Source: Meiothermus sp. | GTDB taxonomy: Bacteria > Deinococcota > Deinococci > Deinococcales > Thermaceae | DNA: 64,000 nucleotides | NCBI GenBank assembly: GCA_033762915.1 | Contig: JANRLD010000006.1 | Location: 1 to 64,000, forward strand | Reading direction: 5' to 3' | Shown here: positions 62,056-64,000 of the stretch, in pieces | How positions within the stretch are numbered: position 1 is the stretch's first letter | Layout: each line of letters begins with the position of its first letter | Notes under the pieces: generated by a model | What the model was told of the DNA's origin: nothing | The model's database searches: none | What the model saw: the letters and a program-made list of their open reading frames with translations, nothing else | Made by a program: the position numbers and the translations under genes

Positions 62056-62895
62056 CTACAACTCAACCAGACCCTCGACGCAAGTACTGGTTTTCCCGCC
62101 TACCCAAACCTGACCGTGCGCATCGCGCTCGAGGTAAACCCTTCCGGCCCGACCCAGTACTGTTCCCTGTGAAGCCACATATCGCGGTGGGGCTAGACCC
62201 AGCCCGATTAACCACTGGGCCAGGCTAGCGTTGAGGCTCCCTGTCACTGGGTCTTCGTTGGGGTTGGTTTCACTGGCAACAAAGGCCCGCACCTCGAACT
62301 GGCACTCAGCAAAGCTGGGGTACGGACCCACTATACCCAGCTCTAGGCCATTCATCGCAGCGTAATCGGGTTCAATTGCCAGCACTTGTTCTGCCGATGA
62401 AAGCATCACCCCAACCCAACCGGGGCCGTTGTCTACCCAGTTGTGATGCAGAATTTCTTCCCTCGAGATCTTCAGGGCCTTCGCAATTCGGACCAGAGTA
62501 AGTTCGTCCACTGGGCCGCTTTTGATGAGCTTGGGGGCCGCAAACGCCAGTTGGTCGCCGCGCCGCACCTTCACCAGCCCCACCCCGCACTCTTGAACCA
62601 CCTGTCCAGAAGTCTTGGGTTGCCCACCGGCCTCGAGCCAGGCGTGGCAACTGCCCAGGGTGGGGTGTCCGGCGAAGGGGAGTTCTCGAGCTGTGGTAAA
62701 TATACGCACCCGGTAATCGGCTTCAGGGTTGGTCGGTGGCAACAAGAAGGTGGTTTCGCTCAGATTGGTCCACCCGGCGAAACGCTGCATCTCTTGGTCG
62801 TTCAGACCGCTGCCATCCAGCACTACGGCCAAAGGATTGCCCCTGTAGGGCTGATTACCGAACACGTCTACTTGTTTGAATCGGCGTTGGGTCAT
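62056..62895 (-). CDS. PhzF-family isomerase
   Basis: QVDVF...GNPLAVV, NLSETTF, ELPFAGHPTLG, EDPVTGS. Confidence 0.92.
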   Translation of the reverse strand: MTQRRFKQVDVFGNQPYRGNPLAVVLDGSGLNDQEMQRFAGWTNLSETTFLLPPTNPEADYRVRIFTTARELPFAGHPTLGSCHAWLEAGGQPKTSGQVVQECGVGLVKVRRGDQLAFAAPKLIKSGPVDELTLVRIAKALKISREEILHHNWVDNGPGWVGVMLSSAEQVLAIEPDYAAMNGLELGIVGPYPSFAECQFEVRAFVASETNPNEDPVTGSLNASLAQWLIGLGLAPPRYVASQGTVLGRAGRVYLERDAHGQVWVGGKTSTCVEGLVEL

Positions 62896-63015
62896 GAGTG
62901 CTCCTTGAAGGCCAAAGATTTAGCCCCACGGTTAACGAGGTTCTTAAGGCACAAACTGATGGCTTGCGTCCCCCTGGTACCAGTAAACCGATTTTTGGGC
63001 CTCACCCTGGACATC

Positions 63016-63135
63016 TAAATCTCCATAGTGGAATTGCAGCATCCGCACTCACCGATAGATCGGGCAATTGCGCCCACAAGCCGCTCGCTGATGAAGCTGT
63101 GCTGAAGTCCTGCAATCTCACTATGGCGCAACTTA
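63016..63135 (+). mobile_element. MITE family A copy A6
   Basis: Direct repeat of A5 with 2 internal substitutions and a 2-nt shorter left end. Confidence 0.8.
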
Positions 63136-63192
63136 TCGCCCAAGAGAGGCAGGAAGCGAGGAAGCGCTCGAGGCCTTTTCCCTGTTCCAACT

Positions 63193-64000
63193 TCAGTCCC
63201 TCTTTCTCGCCAGATAGGTCTCGAGCCGCTCCAGCGCCTCGGGCATGTTGCTGCGCCCATAGCCCATCCGGACGTGTCGGGGCTGGTCGTAGACGGAGCC
63301 GGGGAGGATCAGCACCCCGGTCTCGCGCACCACGGTCTCGCACCAGCCCATCACCTCCACCCCGACCTTGAGGCGGGGGAAGCCGATGGGGCTGGCCTGG
63401 GGCCTCACCCACTCGAGCAAGTCCGGATGGCGCGCAATGAACGCCTCGAGCAGGGGAAGGTTTTTGTGGATGATCTCGAGGTTGCGCCGCAGCAGCACCT
63501 CGCGGTGGCGCAGGGCCAGGTCGCTCAGGAACTCGCTAGGGGCGCTGTTGCAGATGGAAGTATAGAACTTAAAGGCCAGCAGTTTTTGAATCACCTCGGG
63601 GTTGCGGCAGGCCAGCCAGCCCAGGCGCAGCCCCGGCAGGCCGTAGCTCTTGGACATCGAGCCCAGCGAGAGGGCGCCCTCGTACAAGTCCGTGGCGGCG
63701 GGCAGCCGGGCGGCGGGGTCGTGCTCGAGTTCGCGGTATACCTCGTCGCACAAGACGTAGGCGCCGCACTCCGCCGCCAGGGCCATCAGTTTGTCCAGCA
63801 CGCCCCGGTCCATCAAGGTGCCGGTGGGGTTGGAGGGGGTGTTGATGTAGATCAGCTTTGTGTTGGGCCGGATCAGCCGCTCGAGGGCCGAAAAGTCGTT
63901 GGCCCAGCCGTCCTCGAAGCGGCGCTCCCAACACGAGACCTCGGCCCCCGTTGAGCGGGCCAGCTCGAGGGCCGACTCGTAGCAGGGCGTCTCCACGATC
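63193..64000 (-). CDS. Aminotransferase class I/II (5' part outside window)
   Basis: INTPSNPTG, CDEVY, SMSKSYGLPGLRLGW. Confidence 0.9.
   Translation of the reverse strand, partial: IVETPCYESALELARSTGAEVSCWERRFEDGWANDFSALERLIRPNTKLIYINTPSNPTGTLMDRGVLDKLMALAAECGAYVLCDEVYRELEHDPAARLPAATDLYEGALSLGSMSKSYGLPGLRLGWLACRNPEVIQKLLAFKFYTSICNSAPSEFLSDLALRHREVLLRRNLEIIHKNLPLLEAFIARHPDLLEWVRPQASPIGFPRLKVGVEVMGWCETVVRETGVLILPGSVYDQPRHVRMGYGRSNMPEALERLETYLARKRD

Noticed and set aside
61116..62895. Phenazine or other secondary-metabolite cluster around PhzF
   Set aside because: No other phz genes; PhzF-family, OCD and aminotransferase genes commonly occur in amino-acid metabolism.

Overview
GC-rich (~65-67% by eye) bacterial chromosomal window, most consistent with Thermaceae (Meiothermus/Calidithermus-like). 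The clues are Thermus-type branched-chain 2-oxoacid dehydrogenase, DUF4388-wHTH genes, many apparently leaderless genes and very frequent CTCGAG. About 50 CDS: wbpB/wbpD-like sugar-nucleotide genes, an LLM monooxygenase, ruvX-mltG, an ECF sigma/anti-sigma pair, an RND operon with two TolC-like proteins and a divergent two-component system, psuG, RodZ-like, NUDIX, a BrxC fusion, MFS, an S8 lipoprotease, rlmH, the BCKDH operon, pgeF, DegT, OCD and PhzF. Best candidate for an undescribed system: a ~14 kb LacI-controlled catabolic island (19940-33957). It encodes a sugar ABC importer, three divergent ADP-ribosylglycohydrolase-fold enzymes, a CoA-transferase/CoA-ester-lyase pair, a GH-like/FGE-fold fusion and an aldo-keto reductase. 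Also notable are two MITE families that sit precisely on stop codons, with one near-identical pair bracketing two genes. Others are a catalytically degenerate deacetylase-GT2 fusion next to a pilin-like lipoprotein, and several remnants/frameshifts. No rRNA, tRNA, CRISPR or transposase was recognised. All family calls come from motif recognition by eye; no searches were run.
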